Below are positions 29,391-37,556 of a stretch of DNA of 64,000 nt, one piece after another. This DNA comes from Candidatus Bathyarchaeota archaeon. GTDB lineage: Archaea > Thermoproteota > Bathyarchaeia > Bathyarchaeales > Bathycorpusculaceae. The DNA lies in NCBI GenBank assembly GCA_963800495.1, contig CAWDBB010000004.1, positions 194,741 to 258,740 of the forward strand. The letters are read 5' to 3'. Every line of letters begins with the position of its first letter. Positions within the stretch are counted from its first letter, which is position 1. A program made the position numbers and the translations under genes. The notes under the pieces were generated by a model that had not been told where the DNA came from, did not search any database, and worked only from the letters and a program-made list of their open reading frames with translations.

Positions 29391-31115
29391 CTATTTTGGA
29401 GGTGTCTTTGCTCTTATCTGCGTCAGCATCTCTTCGAGTTTTGTTTCGTCGGAGTCGATTTTGTGGAATAGCGGTGTTGGTTTGGCGATTTTGTGCCCTG
29501 CCTCTATGGGTACTAATGCGTCGCTCCAATTGCTTTTCTCTACGCTTCCCTCAAGATTTAGGGTTTGCCAAAGTTGCTGCGCAGTCTGGGGCATGAAAGG
29601 TTCAGAAACTACGGCGACTGCCTTAACGACTTGCGCTGCCACGTAAAAGATTGTTCCCGCTTTCTCCTTATCAGTCTTCATGAGGTTCCATGGTTCCTTG
29701 GTGTTCAGGTACTGGTTACCTATGCGGCTTATGCCGATGAGCGTGTTTGCGGCGGATTGCAGCCATGAATCCTCAATTTCCTTCGCAGCCTGCTCTACCT
29801 TCTCTTTTATTGCTTGCAAAAGTACTTCGTCGTCTTTTTCGAGTTTGGTTGGCGCTGGGATTTGTCCATCGAATTTGCTATAGATGAATGAGAGTGTTCG
29901 GTGGATGAAGTTGCCAAAAGTATCATTGAGGTCAGCGTTGATTTTCTCCATGAACGCAGTCCATGTGAAGTTGGTGTCTTTGCTTTCAGGTCGGGTGGCT
30001 ATGAGGAAGAAACGCCAGTAGTCGACAGGGAACATTTCGAGAGCTTCATCAATCCAGATGCCGACTCGTTGGCTTTTAGAGGCTTTTTGACCTTTGAACT
30101 GAAGGAACTCGGTTGCGGAAACGTTCCAGGGCAAGTTGTAGCCTTGACCCGACGCCAAAAGCAGCGCGGGTAAGATGATTGTGTGAAAGGGAATGTTGTC
30201 TTTGCCAACAAAATAGAGAGTTCGGGCTTGTTTATCAAACCAGAATTCGCGCCATTTTTCAGGCTGCCCCAGACGCTGGCACTGCTCAATGGTAGCTGAA
30301 ACGTAACCTAAAACAGCGTCCACCCAAACGTAGATAGTTTTGCCTTCTGCCCCCTCAAACGGCGCGCGAATACCCCATTCAACGTCGCGGGTGACGGCTC
30401 TGGGTTTTAAGCCTTCTTTTATCCAGTTTAAACTAAAGTTTTTCACATTCGCTGGCAGTTGTTGGTTTTCTTTTAGGTATTCGGTTAATGGTTCGGCTAG
30501 TTTTGAGAGGTCAATGTACCAGTGCCGCGTGGTCTTCACTGCTGGTTTGCTCTTGCAGATAACGCAGTAAGGATCAATCAAGGCTGTGGGTTCCAGAAGT
30601 TTGCCGCAGATATCGCATTGGTCGCCGCGAGCTTTCTCACACCCGCAGTATGGACATTTGCCTTCTACAAAACGGTCGGGCAAGAAGCGTTGGTCGTGCT
30701 CACAGTAGAGCATCTGTGTATCTTGCGCGAATATGAAGCCGTTCTTTTGGATCTCTAGCAGGGTTTTTTGGACGAATTCCTTGTGTATTGGGCTCTCGGT
30801 GCTGGTGTAATTGTCAAATGAGGCGTCCCATCGGCGGAAGAGTTCGGAGACTTTCGCGTGGTTGCGGTCGGTTAACTCTTTGGGTTTGATGCCTTGTTTT
30901 ATGGCTTCCACTTCTATGGGGGTGCCATGGGTGTCTGAACCGCTCACCATCAAAACGTCGCTCCCTTTTAGCCTGTAGTAACGGGCTGTAACGTCGGCGG
31001 AAAGGACTGAGCCGACAAGGTTACCCAGATGTGGGGTGACATTGATGTAGGGCCAAGCGGATGTAACTAAAACTTTTTGGGGCAAAGATATCATCAACAA
31101 ATCGTTTGGTGCCAA
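29391..31115 (-). CDS. metG: Methionyl-tRNA synthetase (short form)
   Basis: AWPYIN..PHLGN, GSDTHGTPI, Zn knuckles, GKDNIPFH, KASKS. Confidence 0.96.
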   Translation of the reverse strand: MAPNDLLMISLPQKVLVTSAWPYINVTPHLGNLVGSVLSADVTARYYRLKGSDVLMVSGSDTHGTPIEVEAIKQGIKPKELTDRNHAKVSELFRRWDASFDNYTSTESPIHKEFVQKTLLEIQKNGFIFAQDTQMLYCEHDQRFLPDRFVEGKCPYCGCEKARGDQCDICGKLLEPTALIDPYCVICKSKPAVKTTRHWYIDLSKLAEPLTEYLKENQQLPANVKNFSLNWIKEGLKPRAVTRDVEWGIRAPFEGAEGKTIYVWVDAVLGYVSATIEQCQRLGQPEKWREFWFDKQARTLYFVGKDNIPFHTIILPALLLASGQGYNLPWNVSATEFLQFKGQKASKSQRVGIWIDEALEMFPVDYWRFFLIATRPESKDTNFTWTAFMEKINADLNDTFGNFIHRTLSFIYSKFDGQIPAPTKLEKDDEVLLQAIKEKVEQAAKEIEDSWLQSAANTLIGISRIGNQYLNTKEPWNLMKTDKEKAGTIFYVAAQVVKAVAVVSEPFMPQTAQQLWQTLNLEGSVEKSNWSDALVPIEAGHKIAKPTPLFHKIDSDETKLEEMLTQIRAKTPPK

Positions 31116-31179
31116 CCTTATTAAAATTCCTATAACTCTCGGAATCCCAATAAGCTAATAGGTAAAGAATTAACTTTTC

Positions 31180-31827
31180 ATGTTAAAAGGAAGAATAATG
31201 AGTCCAAACGAGAAGCCCAAAACTGTTTACTGGCTGGACAATACACTTTATCTAAATATAACTAACCAATGCTCAAACAGCTGCTATTTCTGCCTCAAAC
31301 GTTATAAACGCGGCGTTGGCGGCTTCAACCTCAAACTAACCCAAGAACCCAGCATATCGGAAATCACGACTGAACTATCGGAGGTTTTGCACATGCGAAA
31401 TTGGGATGGATTAGTCTTCTGCGGTTTCGGCGAACCAACGGAGCGGCTGGATATTTTATTGGCAGTTACAAGGTGGGTGAGACAACATTATGGGAGACCA
31501 TTGCAAATCCGCATAGATACAAATGGACACGGTTACGTTTTGAATTCTGAAAGGGATGTGTCTTTTGAATTGAAAGCAGCTGGAATTGACAAGGTAAGTG
31601 TCAGCCTAAACGCTGGAGATAAAGAAATTTACATGGAGATTTGCAAGCCCACCTTCCCAGACGCATACGAAGCAATGTTGGATTTTATCGGCAAAGCCAA
31701 GTTGGTTCTCGAAGTTGAGGTTACGGCTGTGAGAGTACCTGAGGTCGATTTGGAGAAGGTACAGGCTGTTGCGAGCAGTTTAGGAGTGGCTTTGAAGGTT
31801 AGGGAATACATCCCATGCTTCTATTGA
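31180..31827 (+). CDS. TatD-associated radical SAM protein
   Basis: LYLNITNQCSNSCYFC, VFCGFGEPT.RLD, TNGHG, SVSLNA. Confidence 0.88.
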   Translation: MLKGRIMSPNEKPKTVYWLDNTLYLNITNQCSNSCYFCLKRYKRGVGGFNLKLTQEPSISEITTELSEVLHMRNWDGLVFCGFGEPTERLDILLAVTRWVRQHYGRPLQIRIDTNGHGYVLNSERDVSFELKAAGIDKVSVSLNAGDKEIYMEICKPTFPDAYEAMLDFIGKAKLVLEVEVTAVRVPEVDLEKVQAVASSLGVALKVREYIPCFY

Positions 31828-31891
31828 CCCAATCGACCGAAAAAATTCTAATAGTTAAGGCTGAGCGGTACAGATTTCTTTTTATTAAATG

Positions 31892-31915
31892 CTTAATTTA
31901 CTATTAGTAATTAAG
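31892..31915. promoter_or_regulatory. Imperfect palindrome upstream of the heavy-metal ATPase (candidate operator)
   Basis: CTTAAT-T-TACTA-T-TAGTA-ATTAAG between the TATA-like TTTATTAAAT and the start. Confidence 0.45.
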
Positions 31916-31932
31916 GAATTTTTCAGCAGATT

Positions 31933-33909
31933 TTGGATGAGAAAATGGGCACGTGTGAAGAAAAACCAGAGACGGGAAAAGCCGTACTCGGTGAAGAGGA
32001 ACACAATAGGGTAGTGTTGGTTGGGTTTGCTTCTTGGCTTGGCATAACTATCATAGTTAGCGGCTTATTGGACTTGTTTGCTAAAGGGCTGCTGCTTGGT
32101 TTCACCATGCCAGTTCTAAACGCTCCTGCCACAGTATCGATGATTCTTTATTATGTGGCAATCCTCACTGCAGTAATTTACATCGGCGTAATCGGGTTAA
32201 AAGAATTGATTTTGGAGCGGCGTTTCAGCGTCGAATTCTTGATGGCAGTCGCAGGTTTAGGTGCCCTTTTTCTCGACTACCGCTTTGAAGCAGCTACCGT
32301 ACTATTTCTCTACTGTATAGCAGAGTATTTTGAAGGCTACATACAAGACAGAGCAAAACGAACAGTTGAGAAAATATCGAAAGTTATTCCTGAAAATGCC
32401 CGCGTAATAAGTGAAGGCACGGAAAAAAGTGTTAAGGTCAACGAAGTGGAAATAGGAGCAGTTCTACTTGTTAAGCCAGGAGAAAGAATCCCCTTAGATG
32501 GTAATGTGACCGATGGATTCTCGCATGTTGACCAAGCGTTAGTCACGGGTGAATCGGTGCCCGTTCCCAAAAACATTAATGACTGCGTATTCGCAGGCAC
32601 CCTAAACACCACTGGCGTCCTTAAGATTATCGTTACCAAGAAAGCTACTGAAACTTTGGTTTCGCGGATTGTTCAACTTGTGGTTGAATCTCAAAAGCGA
32701 AAAGCATCAATAGAGCGGTTGGTTGACAGATTTGCGAAGGTCTATGTACCCATAGTAGTTGTGCTTGCTATTTTTACCGCTGGAGCCTTGCCATACCTTT
32801 TTGGCGGGACTTTTCGAACCTGGTTTTACCGCTCGCTAATCCTGCTTGTGGTCTCATGCCCCAGCGCATTCATAATTTCTGTTCCAGCCACCGTTTTCAT
32901 AGCCATAACAATCGCAGCCAAAAGAGGCGTAATAATTAAGGGGGGAATTTTCATCGAAAAACTTGCACGCGTCAAGACAGTGGTTTTTGATAAGACGGGT
33001 ACGTTGACGCTTGGGCGTCAAGCTGTCCATGAAATTAAGCGCCCAGATACCTCTACAAGTGAAATTGAAGCATTAACTTACGCTGCCGCTTTGGACCAGT
33101 TTTCTAACCATCCAATCGCGCAGGCTATCGTACGCAAAGCGTTAGAGCGAGGTATTGACCTTAGCAAAGTCAAAGTGACTGATGTTTTGGAGGTTCCAGG
33201 CAAAGGCATCGTGGGTTTAGTGAACGGTAAACACGTTGCAATCGGTAACTTGGAGTTAATGCGTGAGTTGGGCTGCGATTGCACTGAAGCCTTTGAAGTT
33301 ATTGCAGGTGATGCCCATACTGCGGTTTGTGTTTCTGTTGGGAAGACGGGTTTGGCTGCTGTTTGCGTGGTTGACGAAGTTAGAGAAGACGCCTTGAAAG
33401 CTATCCGTTTGTTGAAGCAGTCGAACATAAAGACTGCCATGTTAACAGGCGATAGAGCTGAGATTGCCAATGATACGGCGCATGCGCTAGGTATTGACGA
33501 TGTCCACTCTGGACTGTTCCCCGAAGACAAGTTGCAATGTATCGAGGACATGAAGGGCAAAGGCTCGCTTGTAGCAATGGTTGGCGACGGCGTAAACGAT
33601 GCTCCTGCACTTGCTGCTTCAGATGTTGGAATTGCCATGGGCGCACACGGAGTTGACGTTGCCTTGGAATCAGCAGATGTGGTGCTTGTGAAAGATGAGC
33701 TTGCACAAATTCCTTACTTGCTAAAGTTAAGTGACAAAACAATGGTAATTGCAAAACAGAACATTGCAGCGTCGCTGGTTGTTAAGTTGATTTTGGGTGC
33801 TTTGGGCTTGATGGGGTTGACGCCACTGTGGTTCACGGTGGCTTCAGGCGACGACGGAGTAACCATGTTGCTACTGCTGAATACGCTGCGCCTTGAAAGA
33901 ATAAAATAA
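31933..33909 (+). CDS. Heavy-metal P1B-type ATPase (CadA/ZntA-like)
   Basis: TGES, SCPS, DKTGT, HP, GDGVNDAP. Confidence 0.93.
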   Translation: MDEKMGTCEEKPETGKAVLGEEEHNRVVLVGFASWLGITIIVSGLLDLFAKGLLLGFTMPVLNAPATVSMILYYVAILTAVIYIGVIGLKELILERRFSVEFLMAVAGLGALFLDYRFEAATVLFLYCIAEYFEGYIQDRAKRTVEKISKVIPENARVISEGTEKSVKVNEVEIGAVLLVKPGERIPLDGNVTDGFSHVDQALVTGESVPVPKNINDCVFAGTLNTTGVLKIIVTKKATETLVSRIVQLVVESQKRKASIERLVDRFAKVYVPIVVVLAIFTAGALPYLFGGTFRTWFYRSLILLVVSCPSAFIISVPATVFIAITIAAKRGVIIKGGIFIEKLARVKTVVFDKTGTLTLGRQAVHEIKRPDTSTSEIEALTYAAALDQFSNHPIAQAIVRKALERGIDLSKVKVTDVLEVPGKGIVGLVNGKHVAIGNLELMRELGCDCTEAFEVIAGDAHTAVCVSVGKTGLAAVCVVDEVREDALKAIRLLKQSNIKTAMLTGDRAEIANDTAHALGIDDVHSGLFPEDKLQCIEDMKGKGSLVAMVGDGVNDAPALAASDVGIAMGAHGVDVALESADVVLVKDELAQIPYLLKLSDKTMVIAKQNIAASLVVKLILGALGLMGLTPLWFTVASGDDGVTMLLLLNTLRLERIK

Positions 33910-34021
33910 AATTTGGCAATTAGTTATTTTAGCTCAACATCCGTTTCGACGTACCTTGGTTGAGCATTATGTTTGACAGTACATGAAATATTAATAAGCG
34001 CAAAACCTCGACTTAACCTTC

Positions 34022-34510
34022 ATGCCTAAGACTCAACCTAAACAGTATCCAAAGAAACAGAAAAAGACTCCACCAAAGAATCAACAACCGCCAAGCCTTT
34101 TCAAAAACAAATACTACTGGATAATTTTGACTTTAACTATTCTAGTTTTCACAGTTGCCTTTGGATATTTAAACCAAGTTTCTGCAGAAAGAGAAGCGCT
34201 GCTTTTGGGCTGTGATTTGTCGGTGATAGGTTTTGCGTTCTATATCTCGCTCATAGCTACTGCAAGTTACGATAAACGGGCAACTTTCATTTTTGCTGGG
34301 GCGTCCATAATTGGCTTTAGCATTTGGGTTGCAATGGTGCTTGCCTTAAATGCAACTGGGCTGATAACTAGAGTTGTAAGTTCAATTGGCGACAGCTTCT
34401 TTGCCGTAACAACCCTGATAATATGCTTGATTTTAGGAGCATTAGTCGGTGATTTGATAGGCAAAAACAGAGCTGCCAAAGCTTTGTCTTTGGAAAAACC
34501 CCGAAAATAA
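34022..34510 (+). CDS. Hypothetical 4-TM membrane protein
   Basis: Lys/Pro/Gln-rich N-terminus followed by 4 hydrophobic helices. Confidence 0.7.
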   Translation: MPKTQPKQYPKKQKKTPPKNQQPPSLFKNKYYWIILTLTILVFTVAFGYLNQVSAEREALLLGCDLSVIGFAFYISLIATASYDKRATFIFAGASIIGFSIWVAMVLALNATGLITRVVSSIGDSFFAVTTLIICLILGALVGDLIGKNRAAKALSLEKPRK

Positions 34511-34624
34511 TTAGTTACCTTGTCAATAAAAAACGACAAAGCCAGTTTTTTCCACGCCCCCCAGAAACTTTAAGAGCATAATCCGTCAGCATGTTCTAAA
34601 GACTAACGCGAGGATCGACCAGCA

Positions 34625-35503
34625 TTGAAATTTGGAATAATGACGCGGAACATGGAAGCATGGAGCTCCACGCAAGTTCGGGAAGCACTAACAAAGAGGG
34701 GCATCCCATACGAATGCTTTACTTTTCCAAGACTTGTTGCACGGTTAGCATACAGACCTTACTTTAAAGTTAACGGCACCAGCATCCTTGACGATTTAGA
34801 TGCACTTATTATTCGACCAATCGGGCGGGGTTCGCTTGAGGAACTAGTTTTCCGAATGGACATGCTCTACAAATTGGAACGCAAAGGCTTCTATATGGTG
34901 AATCCACCCACAGCCATTGAGCATTGCGTCGACAAATACGACATTCTTGCCATTCTTGAAGATGTAGGCGTTCCTGTACCACGCACATTAGCTACTGAAA
35001 GCGTCAACGAAGCGCTTAAGGCGTTTAACGAACTCGGCGGCGACATCGTCGTCAAACCAATCTTTGGCTCACGCGGGCAAGGCGCCACGCGTGTTAACGA
35101 CATAGACATCGCTGACACTGTCTTCAAAGCCATAACCTTTCACCACGGCGTAATCTACATGCAAGAATTTGTCCCCCACGGAACCTCAGACATACGTGCC
35201 TTTGTTATCGGAGACCAAGTGGTTTCATGCATGCGCAGAGTAGCTACAGGATGGAAAACCAACTACAGCCAAGGAGCCAAACCAGCACCAGCAACAATCA
35301 GCAAAGAATTCGAAGAAATAGCTGTGAAATCTGCAAAGGCAGTTGGCTGCAAAATAGCGGGTGTAGACATCCTGGAAGGACCAGATGGACCGCGCATCGT
35401 GGACGTGAATAGCCAACCGGGCTGGAAAGGACTTCAGGTGGTTGCGAAAGTTAACATAGCCGAAGAAATAGTCAACTTTGTTCTAAAAGAACTAAAAAAA
35501 TAA
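34625..35503 (+). CDS. RimK-family ATP-grasp glutamate ligase (possibly MptN-like H4MPT:glutamate ligase)
   Basis: DKY, VPRT, VVKPIFGSRG.G, YMQEFV, DIRAFVIG, W.TN.SQG, AGVD, VNSQPGW. Confidence 0.88.
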   Translation: MKFGIMTRNMEAWSSTQVREALTKRGIPYECFTFPRLVARLAYRPYFKVNGTSILDDLDALIIRPIGRGSLEELVFRMDMLYKLERKGFYMVNPPTAIEHCVDKYDILAILEDVGVPVPRTLATESVNEALKAFNELGGDIVVKPIFGSRGQGATRVNDIDIADTVFKAITFHHGVIYMQEFVPHGTSDIRAFVIGDQVVSCMRRVATGWKTNYSQGAKPAPATISKEFEEIAVKSAKAVGCKIAGVDILEGPDGPRIVDVNSQPGWKGLQVVAKVNIAEEIVNFVLKELKK

Positions 35504-36502
35504 TTATCTTCCTGACAGAATTCGGGTATATGGGTCTTCGGCAACTTGCGGAAAAGGCGTTTCTTTTCCTTTTCTAATTAGAATACGTTCTTTGTTTTCG
35601 GTAAATTCCCCCAAAAAGTAGACCGAGAGCCCGAGCTCATTTAATGCGGTTTTTACTTTCTTTTGCGCTTCAGGAGCTACTCCACCCAAAATCGTTCCTG
35701 TCGAAGACATCGCGAGTAACTGGTCATCTGTTAGTTTAAAATGTTCTTTTAGCACGCCTGCTTCCTTTGGCACAGGAATTTTTTCCCAATCTACACTAAA
35801 CCCAACCTTTGAAGCCTCAGCCAACTCGTTGAGCGCCGCCACAAACCCACCTTCAGTCGCATCATGCATCGCATGAACACCCTCAACATTGGCAAGGCGA
35901 ATAGCTTCTTTAACGCAGCTCTGCATGCAAACCAGTTTGGCGAGTTCTTCTTGTTTGTCAACGCCAAAGAGCTCCTGCGCCTTCTCCGAATAGGTTAGTG
36001 AGAAGTTGGTGATTGTTTCTAACCCCAAGGGCTTTGTGCACAAAATCAGGTCTCCCGACTTGGCGTTTCCCGGCGTTATCAACTTCGTGGGTTCTACTGT
36101 TCCGTAAACAGTGCAGACTCCAAGCATATCATTGATACTGCCGTACATTCCTGTGTGTCCACGAACGATGGCGATGCCTAATTCTTCGGCTGCGCTGCAG
36201 GTTTGATTCATGATTTTTTGGAATACTTCAGGTTTTGTTCCTATTGGTCCAAGGAGATTTATGGTACAGAATTCTGGTTTTGCTCCAAACAGGGCCACAT
36301 CTGAAGCAGGATAATGAATCAAGAGCCAACCGAACCAATCTTCAGGAACCCCAGTACAGGGATCAGTTGCAACAGCCACGTACTTGCCATGTAAAAGGTG
36401 AACTCCTGCATCGTACCCAACCATAGGCGGGACTATGACTCGGAAATCCTTCTTGATGCAGCTTAATAGTTTTTTAAGGTCTTCCGTCGAGAGTTTTCCC
36501 AT
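35504..36502 (-). CDS. AIR synthase (PurM/HypE/ThiL)-fold protein
   Basis: MGKL, G.DAGV, TDP, SDVA..GA.P, GHT, GDLI..TK, MHDATEGG, SSTGT. Confidence 0.88.
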   Translation of the reverse strand: MGKLSTEDLKKLLSCIKKDFRVIVPPMVGYDAGVHLLHGKYVAVATDPCTGVPEDWFGWLLIHYPASDVALFGAKPEFCTINLLGPIGTKPEVFQKIMNQTCSAAEELGIAIVRGHTGMYGSINDMLGVCTVYGTVEPTKLITPGNAKSGDLILCTKPLGLETITNFSLTYSEKAQELFGVDKQEELAKLVCMQSCVKEAIRLANVEGVHAMHDATEGGFVAALNELAEASKVGFSVDWEKIPVPKEAGVLKEHFKLTDDQLLAMSSTGTILGGVAPEAQKKVKTALNELGLSVYFLGEFTENKERILIRKGKETPFPQVAEDPYTRILSGR

Positions 36503-36512
36503 TTTTCTTTCC

Positions 36513-37091
36513 TTAAAGGTAAATGTTTAGAGTTTTACTTCTCTGCAATAAGACAATAACGAATGCGCAGATAATAATGCTTGGCACCATGTACGTCGCA
36601 TTGTATATCGCTGAGTAAACAATTGGGCTCATTCCTGCTGGTGCATAGTTGGGAAAGTAGATTACGCCTGAAATGAAGTGAGACAGGAAACGACCTGTGC
36701 CGCCAACCACGACGCCGACAACTGGACCGATAACTTGGGGTTTTCGGAAAAAGCCTGCGAGTCCAAGACAAGCAAAGGCTAACGGATAATCAAGAATAAA
36801 TTGTGCTGGATTAACCACAAAAGGCTCAATTGCAAGGTCCACTACACCGAATACGGCGCCTGCAAATATACCGATTTTGGGTCCTCTTCGCAGTGCAAGC
36901 CAGAAGATAGGCACCATTCCAAGGTTTATTGAGCCTCCTTGAGGAAGACCAAAGAAGGAGTGGCTTACAAGAGCTAATGCGCCAGCCATAGCGACAAAGA
37001 TTATTATTTCTGCAAGAATTTTTGTTGGAAAGATAGTTTGACGTTCAGTTTGGAAGATATTTTCTTTAGGTTGTTCAGTATTTTGACTCAT
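36513..37091 (-). CDS. thiT: ECF transporter thiamine S-component ThiT
   Basis: LPQGGSI, P.Q.ILDYPLAF, RFLSHFISGVIYF..YAP.GM....YS..YN..Y; ATG 37091 follows GGAGGGA. Confidence 0.93.
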   Translation of the reverse strand: MSQNTEQPKENIFQTERQTIFPTKILAEIIIFVAMAGALALVSHSFFGLPQGGSINLGMVPIFWLALRRGPKIGIFAGAVFGVVDLAIEPFVVNPAQFILDYPLAFACLGLAGFFRKPQVIGPVVGVVVGGTGRFLSHFISGVIYFPNYAPAGMSPIVYSAIYNATYMVPSIIICAFVIVLLQRSKTLNIYL

Positions 37092-37095
37092 TGTT

Positions 37096-37190
37096 TTTCC
37101 CTCCGCCAGTATTACCTGGTTCAGGTTCCTAAGGGTCGACACCAAACAGGCGTCCTCTCAGCCGAGTCATTTTCCCAGCTCCCCAAGAAC
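37096..37190 (-). ncRNA. TPP (thiamine pyrophosphate) riboswitch
   Basis: Minus strand reads UUCUUGGGGAGCUGGG...CUCGGCUGAGAGGACGCC...GGUGUCGACCCUUAGGAACCUGAACCAGGUAAUACUGGCGGAGGGAA, containing the GGGG, CUGAGA, ACCC, ACCUGA, GUAAU and GCGnAGGGA consensus blocks. Confidence 0.95.
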
Positions 37191-37346
37191 TACGGAAAAT
37201 ATGGGTTTCTGTAACATATTAGGTTTGCTAAAGCTGATTTTTCTAGTTGTTGTCAAAAAACCCGGTTAAATAACAACGAACAGGTCACGAAGCATACAGC
37301 TCTGTGGTAAACCAACAAACGCAGTTCTCACATTTCTATAGCTGGT

Positions 37347-37380
37347 AGTAGTAGTCTAGTAAACCTCCTAGACTACTACT
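37347..37380. repeat. Perfect 13-bp inverted repeat with 8-nt spacer
   Basis: AGTAGTAGTCTAG-TAAACCTC-CTAGACTACTACT. Confidence 0.9.
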
Positions 37381-37556
37381 TCTAACTTTCAGTTTTTGTT
37401 TTGGGAAGATTGAAACAATTCTGTTCTTGCAGTGCAAAAGAAATCGATAAGCTGCTTCTCTTTTTCGCTTAAATCCTATTTTTCTTTCTTTTCTTGTTAG
37501 GGTAACGTTTTTAGGTTTTAGCATAGTTTGCTGATAGTCAAACAGTAACTACAGGA

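Noticed and set aside
35504-36502. Annotation as hydrogenase maturation HypE
   Set aside because: Lacks the C-terminal PRIC cysteine motif and has no hyp/hydrogenase context
37092-37145. N-terminal extension of ThiT given by the ORF track (start 37145)
   Set aside because: This segment is the TPP aptamer; ATG 37091 has the RBS
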